Shown here: positions 20,966-30,955 of the stretch, one piece after another
Layout of the letters: each line of letters starts with the position of its first letter
How positions within the stretch are numbered: position 1 is the stretch's first letter
Origin: an uncultured delta proteobacterium
Lineage (GTDB): Bacteria; Desulfobacterota; Desulfobaccia; Desulfobaccales; 0-14-0-80-60-11
DNA length: 64,000 nt
Reading direction: 5' to 3'
NCBI GenBank assembly: GCA_963812015.1
Contig: CAWETI010000003.1
Coordinates: 32,001 to 96,000, forward strand
The notes under the pieces: model-generated
Told to the model about the DNA's origin: nothing
Databases searched by the model: none
Seen by the model: only the letters and a program-made list of their open reading frames with translations
Translations under genes and position numbers: made by a program

Positions 20966-23665
20966 TTAGATTTTTTCGATCTGGACCGCACAGGCCTTGT
21001 ATTCGGCGGTCTGGGAGACCGGGTCGAACACCGGGTTGGTGAGCCAGTTGGCGCAGCCTTCCCGGAAATGGAAGGCCATCCACACCAGGCCCCGGGGCAC
21101 TTCCTTGGTAACTTTGGCCTTGACTCTGACTTCGCCGCGCCGGGACTTGACTTTGATGACCTCGCCGTGTTTGATGCCCAGCCTTTCGGCATCGACGGGA
21201 GAGATATCGGCGGTTTCTTCACCCAGAATATCGTTCAGTCCCAGGCAACGGCCCGTCTGCGTCCGGCTATGGTATTGATAGAGCCGCCGGCCGGTGCTGA
21301 GCACCAGGGGATATTCCTCATCCGGCACTTCCGCCGGCGGGGTCCAGTCTATTGGGGTGAAGCGGCCCTGACCGCAGGTGAAACAACCATCTTTGTGCAA
21401 AGTGCAGGTGCCGGGGTGCTCGAGGTCGGGCACCGGCCATTGGAGTCCGTCGCCCTCAATGCGGGCATACTTTACCCCCACCAGGGAGGGCGCCAGATGG
21501 GAGACTTCGTTATCCCAGATTTCCTGGCCGCCGTTGGCGGCCCACTCCTGGCCCAGACGTTTGGCCAGCTCTTTAAAGATCCACCAGTTGGGCTTGGCCT
21601 GCCCCGGCGGTTGCGAGACCTTACGCACCCGGTTGACCCGCCGTTCACTGTTGGTGAAGGTGCCGTCGTCCTCGCTCCAGGCCGCGGCCGGGAAGATGAC
21701 GTCGGCAAACCGGGTGGTCTCGGTGGGGAAGATGTCATGGCAGACCATAAATTCCGCCGATTCCAGGCAATGCTCCACGTGCCGGATATCGGGCTCGGTG
21801 TTGGCCAGATTTTCTCCGAACACATAGAAAAACTTGACCTTGCCGTCCACTAAGCCGTCCATCATCTGGGGCATCATCAGGCCGTTCTTCTCCGGGAGCT
21901 TCTTCACCCCCCAGGCCGCTTCGAACTTGGCCCGGGCGGCCGGGTCTTCCACCTTTTGATAGCCCGGGAAGACATTGGGCAGCGCCCCCATGTCACAGGC
22001 GCCCTGGACGTTGTTCTGTCCCCGGAGCGGGTTGACCCCGCCGCATTCAAAACCGACATTCCCCAACACCATCTGCAAGTTGGCGCAGCTCATGACGTTG
22101 TTGACCCCGCAAGTATGCTCGGTGATCCCCAGGGTATAGATGAGCATCAGGGGGCTGACCGCGGCCAGGCGCCGGGCGACATCGATGAGCATCTCCACGC
22201 TGATGCCGGCGATGGCCGCGGCCCGCTCCGGCGGATACTCCATGACCTTGGCCTTCAGGGCCTCGAAGCCGGTGCAGCAGCGTTCAACATACTCCTGGTC
22301 ATAGAGATTTTCGGTGATCAGGACATGCATCAAACCATTGAGGTAGGCCACGTCGGAGCCGACCTTAATGGGCACGTGGACATCAGCGAACTCGGCCAGC
22401 TTGGTGCGGCGCGGGTCGCTCACGATGAGGTGGGCCCCGTTGCGCACCGCGTTTTTCAGAAACGTCGCGGCCACCGGATGGGCCTCGGTCATATTGGAAC
22501 CAATCACGAAAAACATCTTGGCCTTGGCAAAATCGGCGAAGGAGTTGGTCATCGCTCCGGAACCGAATGAAGTCGCCAGCCCGGCGACGGTAGGAGCGTG
22601 TCAGGTACGGGCGCAGTGATCGATGTTGTTCGTACCGATCACGGCGCGGAATAACTTTTGCAATTGATAGGAATCTTCGTTAATACTTCGAGCGCAACTC
22701 ACGCCGGCGATGGCGTCCGGCCCGTGCTTGGCGATGGTCTCCTTCAGCTTGTCGGCCACCACATTCAGGGCTTCGTCCCAGGAGGCTTCCCGGAACTCGC
22801 CGTTGGTCTTGATCAGCGGCGTTGTCAGCCGTTCCGGCGAATAAATGAAATCATACCCGAAGCGGCCTTTGACACAGAGGCGGCCTTGATTGGGCGCCCC
22901 GCCTTCCACCCCGGTAACCTTGACGATTTTGCCGTTCTTGACGTGCAGCCACAACTGGCAGCCTACCCCGCAATAAGGACAGGTGGTGCGGACTTTCCTG
23001 GTTTCCCAGGGCCTGGCCAGGCCGATGGCCTTCTTCTCCACCAGGGCCCCCACCGGGCAGGACTGCACGCATTCACCGCAAAAGACGCAGTCCGAATCGC
23101 TATAGGCATGATCCGAGCGGGTCACGATCTTATTGTGCGCTCCCCGGTAGCCGATGCTGATGGCCTGATTGACCTGCTTTTCGTTGCAGGCCCGCACGCA
23201 CCGGCCGCACATGATGCATTTGGAAAAATCCCGCCGGATTAAATGCTTATTATCTTCTAGATAATACGGCGTCTCCGGCGGATTGGCGAAACTGGGGGTG
23301 GACAACTGATACCGGTACGCCAGGGCCTGCAGCTCGCAGACGCCGTTGGCCTCGCACACCAGGCAGTTATGGTTGCCGGAGGCCAACAGCAGCTCCAGGA
23401 CCATGGTGCGGGCCGCGTCGATCCGGGGCGATTCGGTGCGAATCACCATGCCCGGCGCCGCCGCGGTGGCGCAGGCCGGCAACAGGGTCCGGGCCCCTTC
23501 CACCTCCACCAGGCACATGCGGCATGATCCGGTGGCCGTGGTGTCTTTCAGGTAACACAGGGTGGGGATGGTGTAGATGCCTGCTCCCCGGGCCACATCC
23601 AAAAGGGTGTGCCCGGCCTGGAATTCTACGGTCATCCCATCGAGGTTTAAGGTGGGCTTGCTCAT
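20966..23665 (-). CDS. fdhF: Selenocysteine-containing formate dehydrogenase alpha subunit with N-terminal Fe-S domains (899 aa)
   Basis: ORFs 22601-23665 and 20966-22552 are in frame across TGA 22603-22601: [46 protein letters not shown]. Confidence 0.95.
22570..22600 (-). promoter_or_regulatory. Bacterial SECIS element
   Basis: Hairpin GTCGCC-GGGCT-GGCGAC starting 12 nt after the UGA. Confidence 0.8.
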
Positions 23666-23765
23666 GTGCTTCTACAACCTCCATCTCACCTGGGGTGGAT
23701 AATGGTAATGCGGTAATTTTCCCGTGCTGGGGTGGTCAGATGCCGCCCGGCGCCAAAACTAGAAG

Positions 23766-23789
23766 CGCTATTTCTTTAAAAGGATAGCG
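23766..23789. promoter_or_regulatory. ModE-type operator upstream of fdh
   Basis: CGCTAT-ttctttaaaagg-ATAGCG, 24-bp dyad. Confidence 0.7.
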
Positions 23790-23817
23790 CCACCAAAAAA
23801 ATAAAGCCCGAATCTCT

Positions 23818-24201
23818 TTAAGCGTCTTGATTGTGGAGCCATTCCCGAAAATTGCCGGCCAGGTCCCAAAATTGGGCTATGGCCGACTCGCCGGCGGGGG
23901 TGAGCCAGGCTTTACCACCGTGACGGCCGCCGAAGCTCCGGGCCACCAGCTCTTCCCCGGCCAGGCGGTTCATGGTGACCACCAGGGACCAGGCATGGCT
24001 GTAGGCCATCTCCATGGCTCGGGCTGCCGCGGCGATGGAGCCGGTCTCCCTGATCTGCTCCAGGAGAACCACCCGACCCCAGCTCAAAAAGATTTCTCCC
24101 TGCTTTTCCAGCCAGACACGGCCTTTAATCTGCAATCCCTGGCATTCGGGGCTCTCCGCCAAGGCGGTCCCCCGGCCATGATTCGGTTTCTTGCCTTTCA
24201 T
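23818..24201 (-). CDS. modE: ModE-family winged-helix regulator (DNA-binding domain only)
   Basis: GRVVLLEQIRETGSIAAAARAMEMAYSHAW..GGRHGGKAWLT. Confidence 0.88.
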   Translation of the reverse strand: MKGKKPNHGRGTALAESPECQGLQIKGRVWLEKQGEIFLSWGRVVLLEQIRETGSIAAAARAMEMAYSHAWSLVVTMNRLAGEELVARSFGGRHGGKAWLTPAGESAIAQFWDLAGNFREWLHNQDA

Positions 24202-24203
24202 AA

Positions 24204-24227
24204 CGGTATTTTTAAAAAAGGATAGCG
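24204..24227. promoter_or_regulatory. ModE-type operator immediately upstream of modE
   Basis: CGGTAT-ttttaaaaaagg-ATAGCG, near copy of 23766-23789. Confidence 0.7.
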
Positions 24228-24457
24228 AATCTCCCTAACGATGACAAGTATTTTTTCATGCCCCCTGCGCTTCTTCTCCCTCCAGGGGTTTCACGGCAGG
24301 GGCCGGGGCTCCCTGCCTTGGCCCGGCCGTTCCGGACCTTACGTGGGAAATGGCCTAAGCTCAACCAAGTATGGGTGCAAAGTTTGGGTGTCGGGCCCCG
24401 TCATCCCGAACCACGCAAACCACTGACCGCATAGGCTGACCCAGCGTCAAGAGAGGA

Positions 24458-24784
24458 TCACTTTCCCTCTTCCGCCAGAACGTCATAGACCCAGCTCAAG
24501 GCCGCGGACGTATGCGGGAAGCCGATGGTGCTGGTTAACAGGATGACGGCGTGATAGATCTCTTCCGGGGTCGCCCCGGCCTTTAAGGCCCTTCTCACGT
24601 GGCTGTGCACCGAGCCCTCTGAACGGCTGGCCGCCGCCCCCGCCAGCTGGATCAGGTGGGAGGTCTTCTCATCCAACGGCCCCTCCCGGCGCGCCGCTTC
24701 GCCCAGCTGCTCCAGGGCCTGGATAAATTTTCCGTGTTTTTCCTTAATGAAGGAGTACCAACCGGGATAAATTTCTGCGGACAT
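24458..24784 (-). CDS. Carboxymuconolactone decarboxylase family protein
   Basis: GPLDEKTSHLIQL..SHVRRALKAGATPEEI..TIGFP. Confidence 0.88.
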   Translation of the reverse strand: MSAEIYPGWYSFIKEKHGKFIQALEQLGEAARREGPLDEKTSHLIQLAGAAASRSEGSVHSHVRRALKAGATPEEIYHAVILLTSTIGFPHTSAALSWVYDVLAEEGK

Positions 24785-25075
24785 GGTCTTAACCTCCGTG
24801 TCGTTTCAGCCTCATTCCTCGGTCCAGGATCAGCAATTTTTCGTACTAAAACTTATGATGCCCACCCCAAGCCCCAATGTCAAGTAACCCTCTCAGGAGG
24901 TCTCACCGCCGCCTGCCAGGCCTCTTCACTTCTGGCGGTAAGCCCCCCAAGCTTTCTGACCCAGGTTCCCCTGACCCTGGGTGCAGGCGTCCGGTTGCAC
25001 CTATACTGCCGGGCGGGCCTCCAGCTCTCTAATTTCAGGCCACTGAATTTATTAGTTAAATTAGCTTGCCGGCTA

Positions 25076-25092
25076 TTGGCATCAGGCTTGCA
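25076..25092 (+). promoter_or_regulatory. Sigma-54 (-24/-12) promoter
   Basis: TTGGCATCAGGCTTGCA with GG (25078) and GC (25090) at canonical spacing, ~40 nt before ATG 25130. Confidence 0.75.
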
Positions 25093-25129
25093 ATTAACTG
25101 GGACAATCTTAAATCGGGAAGGTGAGACG

Positions 25130-25888
25130 ATGAAGGCAGGGAAACTTCTGCTCATGGTACTGGTCCTCCTGGTGGGAATGGCGGTGGCGGCCCCTGCGGT
25201 TACCATTCATTCCCCGTGGCATTCCGGCCAACCCGAGGAGAATCTCTATCAAATTATCACCGCCTGGGGCTTTCCCGTTGATAATAACACCCTCCAGCAC
25301 GCCACTCCCCTGGAAAGCCTCCCGGCGGGCGCCTATTCGATTAGCCACTATGCCAGATACGCCGATATGACCCAATTCTTGGGAACCTATCCCCTGGGCC
25401 AAACGCCCCCGGCTCATGGCGACCGGATACCTGACGGTGGCATTACAATGCTTAACGTGAAGCAATCAGGAAATTGGGTCTGCGATATAATCTTTTCCCA
25501 AACCTCGCCCTTCGGTTTCTTTGATGCTGCCAATCAGAAAACCTTCCTCATGACCACCCAAAATCAAAACTCTGGCGCCGCCCCTTACCATCAGGCCAGC
25601 GGCTTAATCTTCGATCTGGGAGAGATTAATCCCCAGTATTTCGGGCAATACATCATTGCCTTTAATGATGGGGACAAGCGCCATCCTTATGGAGACCTGG
25701 ATTATAATGACCTGGTGGTTCACCTGTACTGTCAGAACCAAGGGAACCACGCGCCCCTTCCGGGAACCTTGCCGATGGCGGGCGGTGGGCTGCTTGGCCT
25801 CTGGATGTTGGGGCGTTATGCGCGGCTTTTCGCCTTAACGTCCGCGTTTTCTGGCCACCATCCCCCGAAAAGCGGCGGATCGACTTGA
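25130..25888 (+). CDS. Secreted protein with DUF4114-like motif and PEP-CTERM/VPLPA-like sorting tail
   Basis: Signal peptide MKAGKLLL..; IIAFND..GDLDYNDLVV; tail APLPGTLPMAGGGLLGLWMLGRYAR. Confidence 0.75.
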   Translation: MKAGKLLLMVLVLLVGMAVAAPAVTIHSPWHSGQPEENLYQIITAWGFPVDNNTLQHATPLESLPAGAYSISHYARYADMTQFLGTYPLGQTPPAHGDRIPDGGITMLNVKQSGNWVCDIIFSQTSPFGFFDAANQKTFLMTTQNQNSGAAPYHQASGLIFDLGEINPQYFGQYIIAFNDGDKRHPYGDLDYNDLVVHLYCQNQGNHAPLPGTLPMAGGGLLGLWMLGRYARLFALTSAFSGHHPPKSGGST

Positions 25889-26229
25889 AGAAATCACGCT
25901 AAGCCCTTAATGAAGCCAGATTTAGCCACGAGGGCGAACCCCTGATTTTCCCTGGTCATGAACCGCCGCCTGCCTGCGGTCCCTCTCACGCAAGCCGCCT
26001 GCTTTCGCCTGATCTTAATTTTCTTGCTTAATGAGGGTAACGATTATATTTTTCAGGGGATGCTTGTATCCCCCGCCTTTATCCGTAAAGGGGAATGGCG
26101 AAGGGCGAGCAGTCCGGGGAGTATCGGCATCGGGGGCCTCTTCCTCATCTCGCCGGCCCGGCCCCCCTGGATAGAGCGCATCCTGGCCCGGATGGCGGTA
26201 ATGCCTGATGAACCCTCAAAACTGGAGGC

Positions 26230-26676
26230 ATGATGTTCAGAATGATCCTCACCTCTTTGCTCCTGGCGGCCTTGATGGGTTGCGGCGGGGATAGCGCGGA
26301 CAAGTATATGCAGGAAGGATTTGTCAATTTTCAACAGCAGAAGTATGACGAGGCCATCGCCAACTACGAAAAGGCCGTCAAACTCCAACCCCGGGCCGCC
26401 GCCGCCTATAACATGATCGGCATGGCTTACCGTTTCAAATACAATCAGCTGGGGGTCCCGGAATTCCGTCAGAAAGAGATGGCGGCGTTTCAAAAGGCCG
26501 TGGAAATCGACCCGAAAAATTGGGTCGCGATGATCAATCTGGCCACCGATTACTCTGCCGACGGCCAGCCGGCCAAGGCGGCGCCCCTGTTCAAAAAAGC
26601 CCTGGAATTGAACCCCAATCATCCTGAAAAAGCCGAAATCCAGAAGATGATCGCGGCGGGCGAACCAAAGCCTTGA
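26230..26676 (+). CDS. TPR-repeat lipoprotein
   Basis: Lipobox LMGC; YDEAIANYEKAVKLQP and FKKALELNP repeats. Confidence 0.88.
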   Translation: MMFRMILTSLLLAALMGCGGDSADKYMQEGFVNFQQQKYDEAIANYEKAVKLQPRAAAAYNMIGMAYRFKYNQLGVPEFRQKEMAAFQKAVEIDPKNWVAMINLATDYSADGQPAKAAPLFKKALELNPNHPEKAEIQKMIAAGEPKP

Positions 26677-26990
26677 AAATGGCGGTGACCACCGGGGCGG
26701 CCCTGGCCTTCCTCCTGGCCTGCGCCTGGAGTTGGGCTCAGGCCCCGGGACCCCCGGGGGCGGATCTGGCCGGGCGTCTGGGCTGCTTTGCCTGCCACGC
26801 CCTGACGGGGCAGGGGGGGAAACCCGCCGCATCGTTAAATGGAGTCGGGGCCCGTTTAACGCCCCGAGAATTAGGGATTGCCATCGCCTTTCCCCGCCAA
26901 CTCCACCCCGGGGCCAAAATGCCCAGTTACGCCTATCTCCCCCTGGCGGAGCAGGAGGCCCTGGTGAACTTCTTAAAAACCCTCAAGTGA
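26673..26990 (+). CDS. Monoheme cytochrome c
   Basis: Signal peptide, CFACH, KMPSY axial Met. Confidence 0.85.
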   Translation: MKMAVTTGAALAFLLACAWSWAQAPGPPGADLAGRLGCFACHALTGQGGKPAASLNGVGARLTPRELGIAIAFPRQLHPGAKMPSYAYLPLAEQEALVNFLKTLK

Positions 26991-27245
26991 CCCCAGGGAC
27001 TTCTTCAGGTAGTTTCCAGTTTGGGGCATTCAGGGGGCATCTTGACATCTCCTGGCAAAACATTTTGGCCTGAGGGCAGTGGACGTGTAAAGATTGTATC
27101 GGAGGGGGGGTGGCAATTTCCCTTAAGGGTGAGTTGTGATTATCGGTCCCAAAGACCGCCGTGACCCGGCCCCGGTCATCAGGGCCCGGTCCTGAAGCCC
27201 AAACTCCAGAATGTTTTAGCGGCCGCAACTCGCAGCCCGGCGAAA

Positions 27246-27983
27246 TTATTCGCTATACCGCCGGATGATGATGATTCCCAAAACCAGGCAGAGCAGGCTA
27301 TAGGCCCCGAGGATGGCCAGAGAGCCCAGGCTTTCCAGATTCCAGGTGGGAAAACGGAGGAGGCGATTGGTCTGGGTCAAAGGCAACATCTTGATGATAT
27401 CCCTGATCAGCCAGGGCATCTCCTCCACCGGGAAAAAGGTGCCGCAGAAAAACGCCATGGGCATGATAAAAAAATTGGTGAACGTGGCCGTATCTTCATG
27501 GGACCGGGACTTCATCCCCACAATCACCCCAAAGGCGGCAAACACGAGGCAATTGAGGAGCAGGGCCAGGATGAATATGAGGTTGAAGTGAAAGCCGCTT
27601 CCCAGAAACAGCCCCATCCCCAGGAGGATAACCGAGGCGAACAACCCCCGGACCATGCCGGCCAGGATCTGGCCCACCACAATGTCGGCCGCGGTCACCG
27701 GGGCCTGGATATAGACCTGAAAAGTGCGGAAGTGAAGGCGCCCCACCGTCATGCTGGTGGCGATCCAGGTATACGAATTGGTCATGGAGGTCATGGCGAT
27801 GAGGCCAGGGAGCAAGTAGTCCAGGTAGGTGCCCCCCGAAATGGCCACGCGTTTTCCCAAACCCAGCCCAAAGGCCAGGAGATAGAGTAAGGGGGAAAAG
27901 AGGGCGGAAACCACATAGCCCAGCCTCAGCAACCGGCGTCGGAACAGCAGGATTTCACGGTAGAAGATGGGAAACCAGTTCAC
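27246..27983 (-). CDS. ABC-2 type transporter permease
   Basis: Six TM helices, YLDYLLPGLIAM, FFCGTFFP. Confidence 0.9.
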   Translation of the reverse strand: MNWFPIFYREILLFRRRLLRLGYVVSALFSPLLYLLAFGLGLGKRVAISGGTYLDYLLPGLIAMTSMTNSYTWIATSMTVGRLHFRTFQVYIQAPVTAADIVVGQILAGMVRGLFASVILLGMGLFLGSGFHFNLIFILALLLNCLVFAAFGVIVGMKSRSHEDTATFTNFFIMPMAFFCGTFFPVEEMPWLIRDIIKMLPLTQTNRLLRFPTWNLESLGSLAILGAYSLLCLVLGIIIIRRYSE

Positions 27984-28828
27984 TTGGTCAGCCTCTCCCC
28001 GGTGAGTTGGATAAACACGTCTTCCAGATTGACCTGGCGGATGATGACGCCGGAGGGTTCGGTTTGCGCCCGGGCATAGGCCGCCTCTTTATCCCGGACC
28101 AGCAGATACTGCCGCCGCCCGCTGTTGAGGGTTTCCACCACATACCCTCCCACCTTGGCCACCAGGGCCTGCGGGGTGTCCAGGGCGATGAGCCGGCCCC
28201 GGTTCAGGACCCCCACCCGGTCACAGAGCATTTCCGCTTCCTCGATATAGTGGGTGGTCAGGATAATAGTGATGCCCCCCAGCTTGAGTTCCTGGATGAG
28301 ACTCCAGAGTTGGCGCCGCACTTGGGGGTCAAGACCCACGGTGGGCTCATCTAAAAAAAGCACCCGAGGCCGGGACACCAGGGCCCGGAGTACCAGGAGC
28401 CGCCGCTGCATCCCCCCGGAGAAATCCCGCACCAGGCTGTCCGCTCGTTCCTGCAAGTCCCCGAACTCCAGGAGTTCCGCTATCCGGTGCCGCAGCGCCG
28501 GCATTCGGTACAACCGCCCGTAGATCCACAAGTTTTCAAACGCGGTCAGTTCCCGGTCCAGGTTGATTTCCTGGGGGCAGACCCCGATGAGCTTTTTCAC
28601 GTCCAACGGCTGGCGCACTACATCAAAGCCGTGAATCCGGGCCGTGCCCCGGGTGGGTTGGGCCAGAGTGGTCAAAATCTTAATGGTGGTGGTTTTGCCC
28701 GCCCCGTTGGGGCCCAGCAGGCCAAAGATCTCTCCCGGGGGAATCTGCAAAGATAAACCGTCCAGGGCCACAAGGTCCTGGTATTGCTTCCCCAGATTGT
28801 CAGTAAAAATCATGGTGTCCATAGCCAT
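27980..28828 (-). CDS. ABC transporter ATP-binding protein (DrrA/NodI-like)
   Basis: GPNGAGKTT, FSGGMQRR, FLDEPTVGLDP; start approximate. Confidence 0.9.
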   Translation of the reverse strand: MAMDTMIFTDNLGKQYQDLVALDGLSLQIPPGEIFGLLGPNGAGKTTTIKILTTLAQPTRGTARIHGFDVVRQPLDVKKLIGVCPQEINLDRELTAFENLWIYGRLYRMPALRHRIAELLEFGDLQERADSLVRDFSGGMQRRLLVLRALVSRPRVLFLDEPTVGLDPQVRRQLWSLIQELKLGGITIILTTHYIEEAEMLCDRVGVLNRGRLIALDTPQALVAKVGGYVVETLNSGRRQYLLVRDKEAAYARAQTEPSGVIIRQVNLEDVFIQLTGERLTK

Positions 28829-29122
28829 ATCGGAGGCAAAAAACTTGCATAGAGTCACGCTGGCGGGGCTTGGCGCACGCCAGTCAACCCCGGCATGAAT
28901 ATTATAACCTGATTTTGGCAAAAGCGGGGGGGTAAGGGGGCTGCCGCATCATTTCCGGAATTCCCGGAGCAGACCAAATGCTCGAGGTCTCCGTAAACCG
29001 GCATCGAACAGTTGAGGCTGAAACCAACGGCAGGAGGTCAGGTATGAGGTCCCGGTGGCCGGGCCCTGGCCACCAGGGGTTGATTGGTCATCAAGGGGTG
29101 CGGCAGTCCCGCCCCGGGTGCC

Positions 29123-30874
29123 TCAAAGGGGGGTGACTTTACCATCCTGGACCTGGTATCCCAGGGTTTTCAGGATGACTGCCTGCTGGTCAGTGACTTC
29201 CTCGATCACCCTCTTCAGTTTGCCGTCGGGGTCCTTGGCGTAGATGGCGGTCCGTAAAGCCCGCAATTCCTCCATGGCCTCGCTGGGGGTCATTTTGCTA
29301 CCGGCGGCAGCCAGCCGCTGGCAGAGCAGCGTGAGGTAAGTGAGGGCCGCCACACAGACGAACAGGTGAACCCGGACCTTCGAATCGGTCCAGTGGTATA
29401 AAGGCAACAGCGCTTTTTGGAAGAGACTGCGGTTATCTTTGGCGTTGCCGTGAGGCCGGATACCATTGCTGCCTTTGTCATTGCCCAACTCGGGTCCCAG
29501 GACGGCCTGGGTCATGCAGGTGTCATAAATCTCCTCCACGCCCCAGTCCATATGATCGGTGATGAGGATATTCTTCCCGAAATGGCGCACGACAGCGGCC
29601 ATCTCACCATGATCCAACTGGAACTCCAGGCGGGGCTGGCCTTTTTCTTCTTTGAAATTCAACTGGAAGAGAGCCGGACTGATTTTGAGGCGGTGGCAAA
29701 GTTGGGCCAGGTGAGTTTTGACGGAGTCAACCGCGTTCCCCTGGGTGGCTTCCTGGGCATAGCGCTGCTGCAACGCCACCATTTCCTTGCGCACCCTCGT
29801 CACTTTTTTGCCCAGCTCCTGGTAGCTCTTATGAAAGCTCTTGGGGTCAAAGGTGATGATTGCCCGGCGAGGACGGTTCCAAAAGGCCGCCTGAGTTTCA
29901 TAATACAGAATTTTTTCGTCTTCTTTGCCAACGTAAGAGGGCAGGGCCTCACGTTTCCCCGGGAGGGGGCGGAAATCTTTCAAAGAAATTTCGGTCAGCT
30001 CGGGGGCAAACTCCGGGGCGTAAGAGGCAATAAAGTGCATGCCTTCTTTGGCATCGATCTGCTCAATGAGGGGTGCGGTGTCCATTTGTTGGTTGACGAG
30101 CAAGGTGACATCCTGGATCTTCACCCCCAGGCTGGAGACTTTGGCCAGGAGGCGCTCCATATGATCAGAGAAGCCGGTGACGGGCAAGCCACCGGAAAAA
30201 CTCTGGTAATAAAACGGAACCCCGGCGCTCTTCTCGGCAATCAAGGCCAATCCCAACTGTTGTTGGGCATAATGTTCCGCCAGGAAATCCTGATCCGGCT
30301 GGGGAATCCCCTCAAAGGCCGACGGCTTGGGAGGAGAGGAAATATTGGCGGCCTCAATGACCAGGCGGTACGGCTGAGAAGGCAGGAGTGAATGGACCTT
30401 TTTAAAAAAGGCCGTCTTGATTTTGTCCAGGTCAGAATCACTGATCCGATCCCAGTGGTTCCAAAAATTTTGGGAGTTCAAAGATTCCAGCCTCAGGGGG
30501 CGAATCCTTTGAATATCTGTGGTTTCGTACCAGTTAGCCAGTTGCCTTTTGCTGGTGGGGGCGATGGCCCGGTTCAGCGCGGCATAGAAGACCAGTTCCC
30601 CCAGCGAGGGCCCCCGGACTCGTTTTTTGGGGGGGAGGATCTCATTAATCATCCCGGCCAAGTCCATGGCTCGATCAAGTTCGTTGAGGGCAAAAACCGA
30701 CCCGAACTCCTTGGGGGAGAACCCACCTTTTCCTAAAACCTCCTGGACCTTATCTGCGGTGCCCAGGTACACTTGGTTAATCGTGGTGGGTTTGCCATAG
30801 ACCCGCTGGGTTTCCCGAATATAAAAATATTCATGACCCTTTTTGACTTTCTTGTAGAGATGCGCCATTTTCAA
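29123..30874 (-). CDS. IS1634-family transposase-derived protein lacking recognisable DDE residues
   Basis: N-terminal KKVKKGHEYFYIRE..GKP..QVYLGT, LNSQNFWNHWD, FGKNILITD, PLYHWTDSKVRVHLFVCVAAL are IS1634-like; catalytic positions read IEAAN, LVNQQM and VLGPEL. Confidence 0.8.
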   Translation of the reverse strand: MKMAHLYKKVKKGHEYFYIRETQRVYGKPTTINQVYLGTADKVQEVLGKGGFSPKEFGSVFALNELDRAMDLAGMINEILPPKKRVRGPSLGELVFYAALNRAIAPTSKRQLANWYETTDIQRIRPLRLESLNSQNFWNHWDRISDSDLDKIKTAFFKKVHSLLPSQPYRLVIEAANISSPPKPSAFEGIPQPDQDFLAEHYAQQQLGLALIAEKSAGVPFYYQSFSGGLPVTGFSDHMERLLAKVSSLGVKIQDVTLLVNQQMDTAPLIEQIDAKEGMHFIASYAPEFAPELTEISLKDFRPLPGKREALPSYVGKEDEKILYYETQAAFWNRPRRAIITFDPKSFHKSYQELGKKVTRVRKEMVALQQRYAQEATQGNAVDSVKTHLAQLCHRLKISPALFQLNFKEEKGQPRLEFQLDHGEMAAVVRHFGKNILITDHMDWGVEEIYDTCMTQAVLGPELGNDKGSNGIRPHGNAKDNRSLFQKALLPLYHWTDSKVRVHLFVCVAALTYLTLLCQRLAAAGSKMTPSEAMEELRALRTAIYAKDPDGKLKRVIEEVTDQQAVILKTLGYQVQDGKVTPL

Positions 30875-30955
30875 TCCATTTTTTAATAAATTAAGTTAAT
30901 TTTTAAATTAACGCCGCTATTAATTTAACAAATTTTTTGTCACGAAGAAAATGAG

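Noticed and set aside
22552..22603. fdh as a nonsense pseudogene
   Set aside because: The UGA is at the catalytic Sec position and is followed by a SECIS hairpin
24320..24345. SRP RNA-like AGGTCCGGAA on the minus strand
   Set aside because: The following GGAAGCAGC of the SRP core is absent; kept only as part of an unidentified structured region
24656..25129. N-terminal 158 aa of ORF 24656-25888
   Set aside because: Overlaps the opposite-strand CMD gene and the sigma-54 promoter; the signal peptide starts at 25130
27160..27190. CTGATGA on the minus strand suggesting a hammerhead ribozyme
   Set aside because: No GAAA after the putative stem II
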